This document shows, one piece after another, positions 25,746-38,106 of a stretch of 64,000 nt of DNA. The translations under genes were made by a program, and so were the position numbers. Source of the DNA: Octopus vulgaris (lineage: Eukaryota); NCBI GenBank assembly GCA_951406725.2, contig OX597815.1, forward strand, positions 155,744,001 through 155,808,000, in the 5' to 3' direction. Below the pieces are notes generated by a model, which was not told where the DNA came from, searched no databases, and saw nothing but the letters and a program-made list of their open reading frames with translations. Within the stretch, counting starts at the first letter, position 1. Each line of letters starts with the position of its first letter.

Positions 25746-25966
25746 CCCTTTAGCATTTAAACCGGCCATATCCGGCCAAAAGTATTCTGCTTGTTTTATG
25801 TTCAAACTGGCCATATCTGATCTCTCACACCAACTCTACAATATCGTTTTAAAAATTAACAGCTACCTCATCAAAATATCATAGCTCCAAGATAATGCCT
25901 GATTAGTTCAAGGCAATGTGGATGAAAAAGCATTAATTTTGGCAGAATGATGCGAACACTAAAAGG
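25746..25966. mobile_element. piggyBac-like MITE (TTAA duplication, CCCTTTAG-like termini)
   Basis: TTAA|ccctttagc...actaaaagg|TTAA; related copies in the opposite orientation at about 43715-43946 and 52805-53243. Confidence 0.75.
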
Positions 25967-26547
25967 TTAAGCAGGTATGGCTGTGTAGTTAAGAAGCTCA
26001 TTTTGCAACCATGTGATTTTGGTTTCAGTCCTACTGCTTGGCCCTTTGGACATTTTCCATATAACCCCAGGGCATCCGATACCTTGTAAATGAATTTGGT
26101 ATTTGGAAACTATGCGGAAGTCCATTGTGTGTGTGTATGTTTGTGTCCCTATTTGTCTCTCCTCTGACCATTGCTTGACAACCGGTGTTGGTTTGTTTAT
26201 ATCCCCATAATCTAGCAGTGTGGCAAAAGAGGCTAACAGAATAGATACCAGACTAAAGATAAGTACTGAGGCTGATTTGTTTGAGTAAAACCCTTCAAGC
26301 CAGAAACCCAGCATGGCCACAGTCAATAAAGAAATATCCTGAACTACACTATTTAATGTACTATTTCCTATTTTAAGACAAACAGTGGCATATAGTTTGA
26401 GTGAGAGCTGATTGTTATTTTTAGCATGTTCAGCGACTAGTTAGATGTGATTCCTTCATGAAGAAAAAAGAAAAAGAAACTTTTTCAGGAGAAAGAAAAT
26501 ACGAGAAATAAAAGGAAAAAAATATAAAATAAAGCCACAATACTCAC

Positions 26548-26693
26548 TTAAGGCCAGTTACAATTTCAATGGCAGAGTTGAAGTTTCCAATAATAAGACA
26601 ATATGAAGCTAATCTGAGGATACAGGATAGTATGGCTTTTCTGTCATCATGTGTTGGTTGGGTAATGATTAAATGGGTAATCCAACTGCTGAC
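26548..26693 (-). CDS. PLCE1: Coding exon, RasGEF catalytic core of PLC-epsilon-like protein
   Basis: CAG acceptor 26696-26694, GTGAG donor 26547; 146 nt; phase-0 join FGE|VSSWITHLIITQPTHDDRKAILSCILRLASYCLIIGNFNSAIEIVTGLK matches the RFNEVSSW...GNFN...GL pattern of PLC-epsilon RasGEF. I could not find the next exon in 1-26547. Confidence 0.9.
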
Positions 26694-27002
26694 CTGTAAC
26701 AGAAAAGGAAACATTATTTCATTGAGCTTTTTATTCTGGAACAACTGATGAAATACCCACTGTACATCACAAGTTCCATATTAGAGGATAAAAAAAAAAG
26801 CAAAAAACAATAGGCACAGGCATGGCTGTGTGGTAAGAAGCTTGCTTCTCAACCACAAGGTTCAATCCCACTGTGTTACAACTTGGGCAAGTGTTATATA
26901 CTATAGCCTCAGGCCAACCAAACCCTTGAGAGTAGATTTTGTAGATAAAAACTAGAAGCCAGTTGTGTATATATATATATATATATATGTATATGTATAT
27001 GG

Positions 27003-27216
27003 AAATTCTATAATTATGAGTATAATTATAATTAGGGTTCAGCAAAAATTTGCTTCACAACATACCAAAATTTAGAAATAGCAGTTAAAACTACTATTTC
27101 ACTACTTATGGTAGTGAAATAGTAGTTTTAACTGCTATTTTTATATTTCAGTATGTGGTGAAGCAAATTTTTGCTGAACCCTAATTATACTTATACTCCT
27201 CATAGTTATAGAATTT
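27003..27216. repeat. Near-perfect palindrome, ~103-bp arms, 5-nt loop
   Basis: attagggttcagcaaaaatttgcttcac...ctatttcactac-TTATG-gtagtgaaatag...gtgaagcaaatttttgctgaaccctaat. Confidence 0.92.
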
Positions 27217-27340
27217 TTGTATAAGTTTACCGATATTGGTTTTTTTAACATACCGAACTACTTGGTAAAATCATTAATTATTAATTAATTAATTAATTAA
27301 TTAATTAATTAATTGTACCCTTTACTATATATATATATAT

Positions 27341-27809
27341 ATCAACAATAAAGGAACGGCCATAATAGGCCATTCACCCACTAGAAATAACAGCCAAAGC
27401 TTCAACCGCAAATAAAAGTTAATTACCAGGAGAAAATTTAAAAACATTTACCCTGTAAATTTTTTAAAATTTTTTAAATTTTTAAATTTTTTAAAATTTT
27501 TTAAATTTTTTAAAATTTTTTAAATTTTTTAAATTTTAAAAAAATTTTTTAAATTTTTTAAAATTTTTTAAATTTTTTAAATTTTTAAATTTTTTTAAAT
27601 TTTTTAAATTTTCTCCTGGTTTTTAAAAATTTTTTTAAATTTTTTAAATTTTTAAAATTTTCTCCTGGTTTTTTAAATTTTCTCCTGGTTTTTTTAAATT
27701 TTTTAAATTTTCTCCTGGTTTACTGAATTAACTTTTATTTGCGGTTGAAGCTTTGGCTGTTATTTCTAGTGGGTGAATGGCCTATTATGGCCGTTCCTTT
27801 ATTGTTGAT
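27341..27809. repeat. Perfect 84-bp inverted repeats around a (TTTTTAAA)n low-complexity spacer
   Basis: 27341-27424 is the exact reverse complement of 27726-27809. Confidence 0.92.
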
Positions 27810-27907
27810 GTTGAACTTAAAAATGGTCTATGACTATTTTAATTTTTTCCTACTAGGCCGCTGGTGGCAAAAGAATTCTACAAAATTTTTTTTGCCACCC
27901 TATATTG

Positions 27908-27950
<43 letters not shown>

Positions 27951-28930
27951 TTACATATGTATGTATGCATATATTTGTGTGTATCTGTGTTTGTCTCTGC
28001 CATCATCACTTGACAACCAATGCTGGTGTGTTTATGCCCCTGTAACTTAGTGTTTCAGCAAAAGAGACTGATAGAATAAGTACTTGGCTTACAAAGAATA
28101 AGTCCTGGGGTTGATTTGTTTCACTTAGAACCCTTTAAGGCAGTGCTCCAGCAGCTGGCAGACATTAGCATGCCAGGTGAAATGCTTAGTGGTATTTCGT
28201 CTGTCTTTACGTTCTGAGTTCAAATTCCACCAAGGTTGACTTTGCCTTTCATCCTTTCGGAGTTGATAAATTAAGTACCAGTTGCATACTGGGTCGATCT
28301 AATTGACTGGACGCCTCCTCCCAAATTTCGGGACTTGTGCCTAGAGTATACTTATTTCATTAATACCCTTGAAAATACTTATCTTCCTTGTCACCTATTT
28401 GCACTTGTCTTCTCCTCCGCAACTGTGTAATAACATAGCAAGTAGGAACTACTGAAAATCAAATGGTTGGTGGGCATTTAACAGTGAATCTAATTCCATA
28501 TCCATCCACACAGGATCCTGCTTATATGTGATATATTTGAATGTACTTGCATGAACACTATCTTTAGCATATGGACATTGGATTTTGAAAAAAAAGTTAA
28601 ATACACACATATACACACATATGCAATGTGTGTATATGTAAACATGGATTGGACAGAAAATAATGCAAAAATAGTCATAACCTCCTTTATTAATTGCGAC
28701 AGGTCATTCAAATTGCACATGTTGTTACAGTAGCTCCTTTTCTGTATTAATTCTTCTTCTTATGCTTCTTCTTGGCAGACAACTAATGAGTTCTAAGCAG
28801 AAGCAATTAACTTGCAATCACTGAGTTCTTTATAAAAGCAGGGTGCAGGTAGTTTGTATTTCAGAACTTTCCTTTAGTGGAATATTAAATTAAATTAATC
28901 AAACACATTAGAAATATTAAATTTCTAAAT

Positions 28931-29259
28931 ATCTCGGAGAGATATGAGTGGTGGTGGAGTGACAGAGTGGTTGTATACTGTCAACTTAACATGACAGTCC
29001 CGTAAAGGGAATCACATCACCGCTATTTAGCCCTAGGAAGCATCGACGCTTTCTGTCAGCTTTGACATATTTCCTGTGTCCTTATATTTGTGAAGGGGAG
29101 ACAAGCACCCCCACCAGCTAGGGCCTGCACCTAGAGATATGCATTTTTCTGAGTCTTGCTCATCATCAGTCTAGGGTAGCAAGGCCTGCTAGTTGAGATG
29201 TTTGCCAAGGTTTCGCAAGTATATATATTTTCAATGAAATCTATTCACTAATCACCAAA
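28931..29259 (-). mobile_element. 329-bp insertion with 24-bp flanking direct repeat, carrying a hammerhead motif (retrozyme/Penelope-like)
   Basis: ATTAGAAATATTAAATTTCTAAAT at 28907-28930 and 29260-29283. Confidence 0.65.
29130..29175 (-). ncRNA. Minimal type I hammerhead ribozyme motif (one stem III mismatch)
   Basis: Minus strand: CCTAGA-CTGATGA-TGAG caaga CTCA-GAAA-aATGCATA-TC-TCTAGG: stem I, intact core boxes, 4-bp stem II, palindromic stem III, AUC triplet. Confidence 0.75.
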
Positions 29260-29839
29260 ATTAGAAATATTAAATTTCTAAATTTGTAAATAACTGAATG
29301 GAAAAGTATAGTTTGGGCCTTTTGTTACTGGAGGTCTGGAACCATATATGAGGTAGATGATGCATATAGCATATAAGTTTCCCTAAAGTGCCCATGCATC
29401 TAATTACTAACTTGGTTCAATGTTGCTTAACTTTGTTTATCGAATCAGAACCAGTATTTTCATCTTGATATGGCCATAAGTAAAGAGACAAAATAGTCTA
29501 TAAGCAAAGAGATGGGAGGGTTATGGCTAGGCTGTCTTTGATTATAAGTTTGCTTGATCATGGTTAATTAACATGCTTAAAGTTAAGTATACTTAATCAG
29601 CAACACGAAACTCATCATAGTGCCACAGACAGAGTGTGAACTTCCATCATTTCAGCTGGTTTACCTTGTATTTGTCAACTCAGCTGTCAATCAATGCTTT
29701 CTGTCAACTTCTGTTAAGAAGTGTGACTAAAAAAAGTGACAGCAATGGAAAAATTTTGATTTGATCAGGAGATTGGTTTCCAATAAATATACACATAAAA
29801 TGTGTGTCTGTGTGTGTATATGTGCTTGTTTGTGTGTGT

Positions 29840-29873
<34 letters not shown>

Positions 29874-30082
29874 GGATGGGTGTTTGTATGCGTGTGTATG
29901 TATGCATGTGTGTGTGCATGTGTGCGTGCATGTGTGGGAAGATCAAACCCCTGGAAGTTACAAGTAGGAACAATCTCAGCGGATGGAGAACAATCAATAA
30001 AAGTCAAGAACACAAGCAGCACAAGCATCTCTTGCCATTGTGACCTTTGACAAAGCTATGGAAACTTGTTTGGCCTTTTGAT

Positions 30083-30331
30083 ACTCTTTTACTCTTTTAC
30101 ATTTTTATTTGTTTCAGTGATTTGACTGTGGCCATGCTGGAGTACCGCCTTTTAGACGAGCAAATCGACCCCAGGACTTATTCTTTGTAAGCCTAGTGCT
30201 TATTCTATCGGTCTCTTTTGCAGAACTGCTAAGTTACGGGGATGTAACCACACCAGCATCAGTTGTGAAGTGATGGTGGGGGGGGGGGGGAACAAACACA
30301 GACACACAAACATATACTCACACATACATAC

Positions 30332-30378
<47 letters not shown>

Positions 30379-30547
30379 CATACATATATACGACGGGCTT
30401 CTTTCAGTTTCCGTCTACCAAATCCACTCACAAGGCTTTGGTCGGCCTGAGGCTAAAGTAGAAGTCACTTGCCCAAGGTGGCATGCAGTGGGACTGAACC
30501 TGGAACCATGTGGTTGGTAAGCAAGCTACTTACCACACAGCCACTCT
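30083..30547 (-). mobile_element. SINE family A, full length
   Basis: Reverse complement of the family A pattern. Confidence 0.85.
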
Positions 30548-31683
30548 GGATGCATATTTCAGATTAAATATCTATCAACATTAACCATTTCCAAATGCTC
30601 AAACATGTGTGTGTGTGTGTGTGTATGTACATATAAGAGATTTAAAAAAAGAAGTTGTTCATAATATAACAGCAAAAGTTGGTTTCATATAATTTCTTTT
30701 CTTTTTCTGTTTAAAAACACTGCAACCCTCTAAAAAAATTTTTCTTTCCATTAGATTTCATCAGATCTTGATGACAAAATAATGTAGCAGTAAATTGTAA
30801 GGCATATATTGTTATCATAATTTGTAATACAAAAATAACCAAACAGAAAATTTTGTGTGCACATATGTGCAAAACAAAGTACAGAAAATAGTTCTTGAAT
30901 TACAAAGGTAAAAAAAAAAACAGTGTTTTACTGAAGCTGAAAACATGTGATAAATCATCAGACAGCCATCTGATGATCATCACATGACTGTCTGATGATC
31001 AGTTACATGAAAATGAGTAACAATTTGTGAAATCTTTTCAGATTCAACAAAACATGAATAAATAAATACATACATACATATATACATGCATACATAGACA
31101 GACAGACAACATTGTTTCTAACATTGCATGCTACCAGAAATATATGCAACTACACAATCTCCAACCTCAACCTGTAATTTCTAAAACACTACTAACTGTA
31201 CTCAAGGAAGAACCTGCCTCTCTTGGGCTGTATTCTACAGACCCACCTTCACACCTGATGGTATCACAAAGCACTACATGGGCATGATGGCTAATGACTT
31301 CAAGGGAAGGTGCACACAGCGTATACATTCACTTAGATGCAGAGACAGAGAGAATTCCACATCTTTGTCTCATTTCCTCTGAGTGGCTGTGTGGTAATAA
31401 GCTTGCTTACCAACCACATGGTTCGAGGTTCAGTCCCACTGCATGCCACCTTGGGCAAGTGACTTCTACTATAGCCTCTGGAAATTTTATGACCTCTGAA
31501 ATGAAACTGCCAGCATTAAAAGTATCCTCATTGACAGAATTTCACCTTACTTGGTGCTTACAATTGTCGGCTCTGTCTCTGTGAAAAACTGCAACTTCTC
31601 CACAAACCTGCAGTATCTATCAGCAGGAAATATGAACTATCTTACTTACTATATGTACTATGTGGTGAGGTGTACCTGTGTCT

Positions 31684-31725
<42 letters not shown>

Positions 31726-32071
31726 ATACAACTAATGTACACACAGAGCTGATATGCACGACTGACATATATACACACACATATTTGTGCACCCAAGTAG
31801 TCACACATGGCTGAAAAACACCTGCACCCATACATATACACACCCTAGCAAATATGCACACATACACCAGTGAACTGATGCCATCAGTTCTCATCTGCAT
31901 GCTAGATTAGATACAGGTGCACCTCACCACATAGTACACATGCATAAGCATCAAACACCCTCATCTATGCACTTGTACAGCCGGTATATACAAACATATA
32001 TCCCCTTGCAATTTATGGATTTGGTGTTTTGCAAGTCTCTTCAGAGATCAGCTAGATGGCAAGATGCCACT

Positions 32072-32372
32072 GGAGGCACATGGCCTAGTGGTTAGAGCAG
32101 CAGACTCGCTGTTGATGGAATGCAGGTTTGAATCTCAGACTGAGCGATGTGTGTGTTTATGAGCGAAACACCTAAGCTCCACGCAGCTCTGGCAGAAGGC
32201 AATAGCGAACTTCTGCTGACTCATCGGCCACAACTTTCTCCCACTCTTTCCTCCTGCATCTTGCAGCTCACCTGCAAAGGACTGACGTCCCATCCAGGTG
32301 GGGAACCTATACGCCAAGGAAACCAGGAAACTGGCCCTTATGAGCCAGGCATGGCTCGAGAAGGAACAAACA
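32072..32372 (+). mobile_element. SINE family D variant with 13-bp target-site duplication
   Basis: tRNA-like head ggaggcacatggcctagtggttagagc; GCAAGATGCCACT at 32059-32071 and 32373-32385. Confidence 0.8.
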
Positions 32373-32985
32373 GCAAGATGCCACTAGCTTGCAGTCCAGC
32401 CATGCAGTCCAAGAAATTCTCCCTTTTAATATGTATTTGGTGTTGCTAGGATGTCAATCTCACTTCTAATAATGCCATGTGACCCACTTTGGTAGCTATC
32501 TTGGACTTTCTGAATTTCTCCATTTTGCTGCTTAAGCCTGATGAGGTAGACTTCTGTGAGGCCTATGATGCTTTAAATTGCATGGAGCCAAATTAAACTA
32601 CTCTAAATGATGATGATGATGATGATGATGATGATAATAATGATAATAATGATAATAATAATAATAATAATGATAATAATAATAATAATAATAACGGTTT
32701 CAAATTTTGGCACAAGGTCAGCAGGTTTGGCAGAGGGGTTGAGTCAATCAAATCTATCCTAGTGTTTAACTAGTACTTATTTTTATTGACCCCGAAAGGA
32801 TTAAATGCAAAGTCAACCTCAACAGAATTTGAACTCAGAATGTGAAGACGGATGGAATGCTGCTAAGCATTTTGCCCAGCATGTTAAGAATTCTGCCAGC
32901 TCAATAATGTATGTATGTATATACGAGCATATGGCGTAGTGGTTAAGAGCATGGCCTACTAACCCCAAAATTTCGAGTTTTCACA

Positions 32986-33149
32986 GGTGCAGGAGTGGCC
33001 GTGTGGTAAGTAGCTTGCTTACCAACCACATGGTTCCAGGTTCAGTCCCACTGCTTGGCACCTTGGACAAGTGTCTTCTACTATAGGCTCGGGCTGACCA
33101 ATGCCTTGTGAGTGGATTTGGTAGACGGAAACTGAAAGAATCCCGTCGT

Positions 33150-33182
<33 letters not shown>

Positions 33183-33425
33183 CACAAATATATATATATA
33201 TATATATGTATGTGTATATATTTGTGTGTCTGTGTTTGTCCCCCCAACATTGCTTCACAACTGATGGTGGTGTGTTTACGTCCCCCGTAACTTAGCGGTT
33301 CGGCAAAAGAGACCGATAGAATAAGTACTAGGCTTACAAAGATTAAGTCCTGGGGTCGATTTGCTCGACTACAGGCAGTGCTACAGCATGGCCATAGTCA
33401 AATGACTGAAACAAGTAAAAAGAGA
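32986..33425 (+). mobile_element. SINE family A, full length
   Basis: Colinear with other copies. Confidence 0.85.
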
Positions 33426-36400
33426 GCTATGTGTGCATGCATGTATGTATGTGTTGATTAACCAAAAGTAATAAATCAAAGAACTTATGCATACTTAAAT
33501 GTAGAATATTCAGTATTCTTTAACACATTATAACTGAAAGGTTGCTCATTTTAGAGTTGCATGTTTCCAATCACTCAGCTGGTAATCTAATCCTTGTCAT
33601 ATCAGTTGTTTGAATATATTTTGAAATTATATGGAAGGTATGAAGGAAACACTTTATCTTTATGCTCTTGTGTTTTGGAGAAAAAAACTTTACCAGTAAC
33701 ACATGCAAAAATCTCTGCTTCATGATCACGCTTTTTAATTTCATCTTTGGCTCTTGTGGGAATATTTCAAACGTCTTAAATTTCATACAAGCAAGACAAC
33801 TCTAATAACTTTTCTTATGAAATTGCATTGTTGTTTAAGTAATATCTTCAAATAATATTTTTGAAATAATGAATATGTGTGTGCGTGTGGTAGTGTGGTA
33901 ATGTGTGTGTGTGGTTTGCATGCGTCTGAATATAAGTATATACCTATTTACATATAGACATTCACACATACACACATGCACACATTTGTGTGCATGTACA
34001 TATACATACACATATGCATATATATTTATATACATATGTATACATAACATATATTTATATCATCATCATCGTCATCACTTAATGTCCATTTTCCATGTTA
34101 TCATGGGTTGGACGGTTTGACCGGGGTCGGGGAAGCCAGGAGGCTGCACCAGGCTCCAGTCTGATCTGGCAGTGTTTCTACAGCTGGATGCCCTTCCTAA
34201 CACCAACCAATCAGTGAGCGTAGTGGATGCTTTTTATTTGCCACCAGCACAGGGGCCAGAAGAGGCTGGCAATGGCCACAATTGGTTGGTGCTTTTTACG
34301 TGCCATCGGCATAGGTATCACAACTATATATATATGTATGTATATGATGTACTTATATTAATTAAACATTTCAAAACCAATACTTTTTTTCTGATTTGAG
34401 ACAAAATTCAAGGAGGCTGATGTTTACATGAAAGATAATTAATCCCAAGCATATAAGGTGCTAATAATGCTATTTTTTTTGTTTAAACTGTTATCAGGAT
34501 TTTGTATTTTTTGCTCAAAAAATGGTCACACAGCATTTTTGATTTGAAGCTACCGTTTCTGTTTGGTTTTTGCCATATGTACCATTGACCAGGTAATTTT
34601 GAATTTCTGAGGATTTGTCTCATGCATGAACCATATAAATTTTGATGAAGCTGTAACACATTTTTTCATCAGAGCTGAAAAATGAATACTTATGCTAATA
34701 AGACAGGACTTTGAATGTTTGTTCAGTTACTCCAACATATATTTTAGTTTCATTTCTGCTGTTTACTTCTACTTTGGCACTGCATGTAATTGGCAGTTAC
34801 CATCAAGTGGGTAGCTCTTACAAAATCTGAAGTTGCAGAATCTTTGATGGCCAGCTTTTAGCCTTCTTTTTCTATTCAACTTTGCAGCGTGATAACCTTT
34901 GATGTAACAGCTTAGATTTTTACAAGCCAAACTTAGTTGATGCCAGTGCCTCCTGACTGGCTCCCATGCTGATGGCATGTAAAATATACCATTCAAACAT
35001 AGTTGATACCAGTGCCTCCTATACCAGTTAATGCCAGTGCTGGTGGCACGTAAAAAGCACCATCCAAACATGATCAATTCCAGGGCCATATGACTGGCTC
35101 CTGTGCCAGTAGTACGTAAAAAAAACCCACTACACTCTCAGAGTGGTTGGCGTAGGGAAGGGCATCCAACTGTAGAAACACTGCTAGATCAGACTGGAAC
35201 CTGGTGCAGCCTACTGGCTTCCCAGCCCCCTCCCCCGACGAACCATCCAACCCATGCCAACATGGAAAACGGATGCTAAACGATGATGATGATGATGAAT
35301 GTGTGTTCTTGTGCAAGTGAGTTCAAATTTCCCCTTGTCTTTGCTGGTTTGTAAACAATGGCTTCCTAACATTATCATTGGTTTGCACTCCAGAGTGAAA
35401 GGATATCTGAGCTTGATATAACTTGATGTGTTACTCTTTTACTCTTTTTACTTGTTTCAGTCATTTGATGGTGACCATGCTGGAGCACCACTTATAGTCA
35501 GGCAAATCGACCCCAGGACTTATTTTTTGTAAGCCTAGTGTTTATTCTATTGGTCTCTTTTGCCGAACCGCTAAGTTATGGGGACGTAAACACACCAGCA
35601 TCGGTTGTCAAGCGATGTTGGGAGGGACAAACACAGGCACACAAACACACATACACACATATATACATATATATATATATCAAAATACACTTATACATTC
35701 ACACATATGTTTACAATGCAGCTATACACACATATGTGCTAATGATTCAAACACATTTATGTATTTAAGTATATTCATGTAAGTATATATACAAAAATGC
35801 ATATATATACAGGTATACATAGGTGCACACAACACTACAAGTAAAAACATGCGCCCAAAGACATACAAATACATATGCGGTTATAGCTCATAGCTCACAT
35901 GTATGCACACATATGACTGACACATGCATACACATAGAACTCACTTATATAAACACATGAGTTTCATGACAACACTCATACACACACATATAAACACATC
36001 TATAGATACGCCCCCAACACTGGTTGAGATTATATAATATAATAATATTCATATCAGCCATTACTTGCAAGACTTGCAGAAGCATTCTTGGCAGAGTCAA
36101 GGGACTATTTTAGACAGTTTGTAAACACATGTCACTGTATTTATGTGAATAGGATATGAACAAAATTGTGTATATACGAAAATTATCAAAATTACAAGAG
36201 ATGATGTATTGTGTTTATCAAATATTGATATACAAAACTTTTTGCATATAAGCAAATACTGAAAATGACTCAGAATGTGTCTGTTTATTTAATCTTCCGG
36301 CAAGCCAAATTACTTTGGTGAAATTTTCAAAATATTCCCAGTTTTCATGGTTATGTAAATTCTACAACTATAATGTATACAAAGCTATTTAAGATTATTC

Positions 36401-38106
36401 AAGACAGGTCACTGTTCATTCAAGAGGGCAAACAGAAGAAAAACATGACAATGACAGGGGACATATAGGGACGGAGAAATGGAAAAGGGACAGCAATAAG
36501 GACTAAATGCTGGAAGAGATAGCGTAATGAAAGGTGAAGTAATGGATTTGCAATAGAATAATGTACCTAGATAATGTGTAGAGTGAGCTATATCAACAAA
36601 GAGTGATAGGGAAGCAATTAAGGTGAGTGACCTCATACTTAAATTCCTAATTACAGATTTTACAAATCCTCTTATTAGTTCTCTATGGTTTGTGAAGAGC
36701 AATGAATTTTAGTTATCCATGGATGTTTCAAGACAGTTTTAATTTTCTCGTTCATGAAATTGTTTTTTTTTTTACATTGGAAGAAAGTACCTGAAACACT
36801 TGTACTGTATGCTTTTAAGTTATTCTTGCCTAAATTTAAACTGTTGATATCAGTCTTTAATAAATAATTTGACTGATTTTTACACATGTATAATATGTGT
36901 CACACACACACATATATATATATATTGTGTGGATAATAATTTCTATAGTAAATACAAACGCAGTGTACGAGCAAGATAACCTCAATAATCCATCCAGACA
37001 CATACCTGTATGACCAATGCACAAGACCAGAAGGGGAGACAATTTCAAATCCCATGCATCTTAATGGTTTGATAACACTGAAATCTCAGTTAATTAAGCA
37101 TTGGAAATAAGCATTCAGGAAAAGAGAAAAATTAATCTGATCTTTGGCTGGCATGCTTAAAAACTCAAAACATATTTTGGGCCTATAAGATTACCTCAAC
37201 AAACCAAAGTCATATGTTATGGGGTTGATAGTTTGGCTGAAATATGTCCAAAGTTATTCCCTTACTGCAAAGATTACTCTCACATCCCACTGTATTCTAT
37301 ATTTTTAATTGTTCTAATTGATTAAAATTTTAGGAATCGGCTCCTCTATTATTATTCACCAGTGTTAGCAAGATTGTTATGGTTATTTCTCCTCACCAAT
37401 TTCTTAGTTCAATGCCTTAAATATGACTGGTAATTTGTTTTACTAAATCATGGCTGTATTTTATATTATTAACACTAAAAGGATAAAATGCAAAGTTAAC
37501 CACAGCAAGATTTGAATGTAGGAGAAATGTAGTGGGTTGGCTGAAATATTAGAGCAAGATTGTTGAATATATAGCCTGCATGTTGGAACTTGCCCATGGC
37601 AATTCTTCATCTAGCCTCTTGATCAATTCTATTACAAGATTTATTATTATCATCATTATTTGAATTTTAAAATATTCCATAAAATATATATATCACACTA
37701 GCGTGAATTCAGAGTTAGAAGAGCACCAGTTCTGCTCAGTCAAACCAGTGCACCCCAGGGAAGCTTTTGTTACCTCTGTCAATAGAAATGAAACTTACAA
37801 ATCAATTCTCATACTAAAAGATGTGATCAATTTCCCATTCACTTTGTCTATATATGCTAAGCTAAGACAAACTACTTTCTTTTTCAAATGTACACATTAA
37901 GTTTTATTAGAATGGATTTCAAAGATATGAAAGATATTGAAAGGTTTTGTAGTTGTAAGAGTACTAATTTTGTATCAAGCATGGACTTTACAAAAACTGC
38001 TTGCATTAATTTGAACAATTTCTATCTTTGTCTCACTCAAAGGATTGTTACCTAATAGATATGTTGATTAACCTTTCCCACACATCTTTACACAAACTTT
38101 CTAATA

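Noticed and set aside
30955-30998. CTGATGA motifs here and at about 32538 and 55408 as possible hammerheads
   Set aside because: No stem II followed by GAAA and no closing stem I; the 30.96-kb case is a small palindrome.
32930-32980. tRNA-like fragment atggcgtagtggttaagagc...ttcgagt, and other SINE heads
   Set aside because: No complete cloverleaf; these are SINE heads, not tRNA genes.
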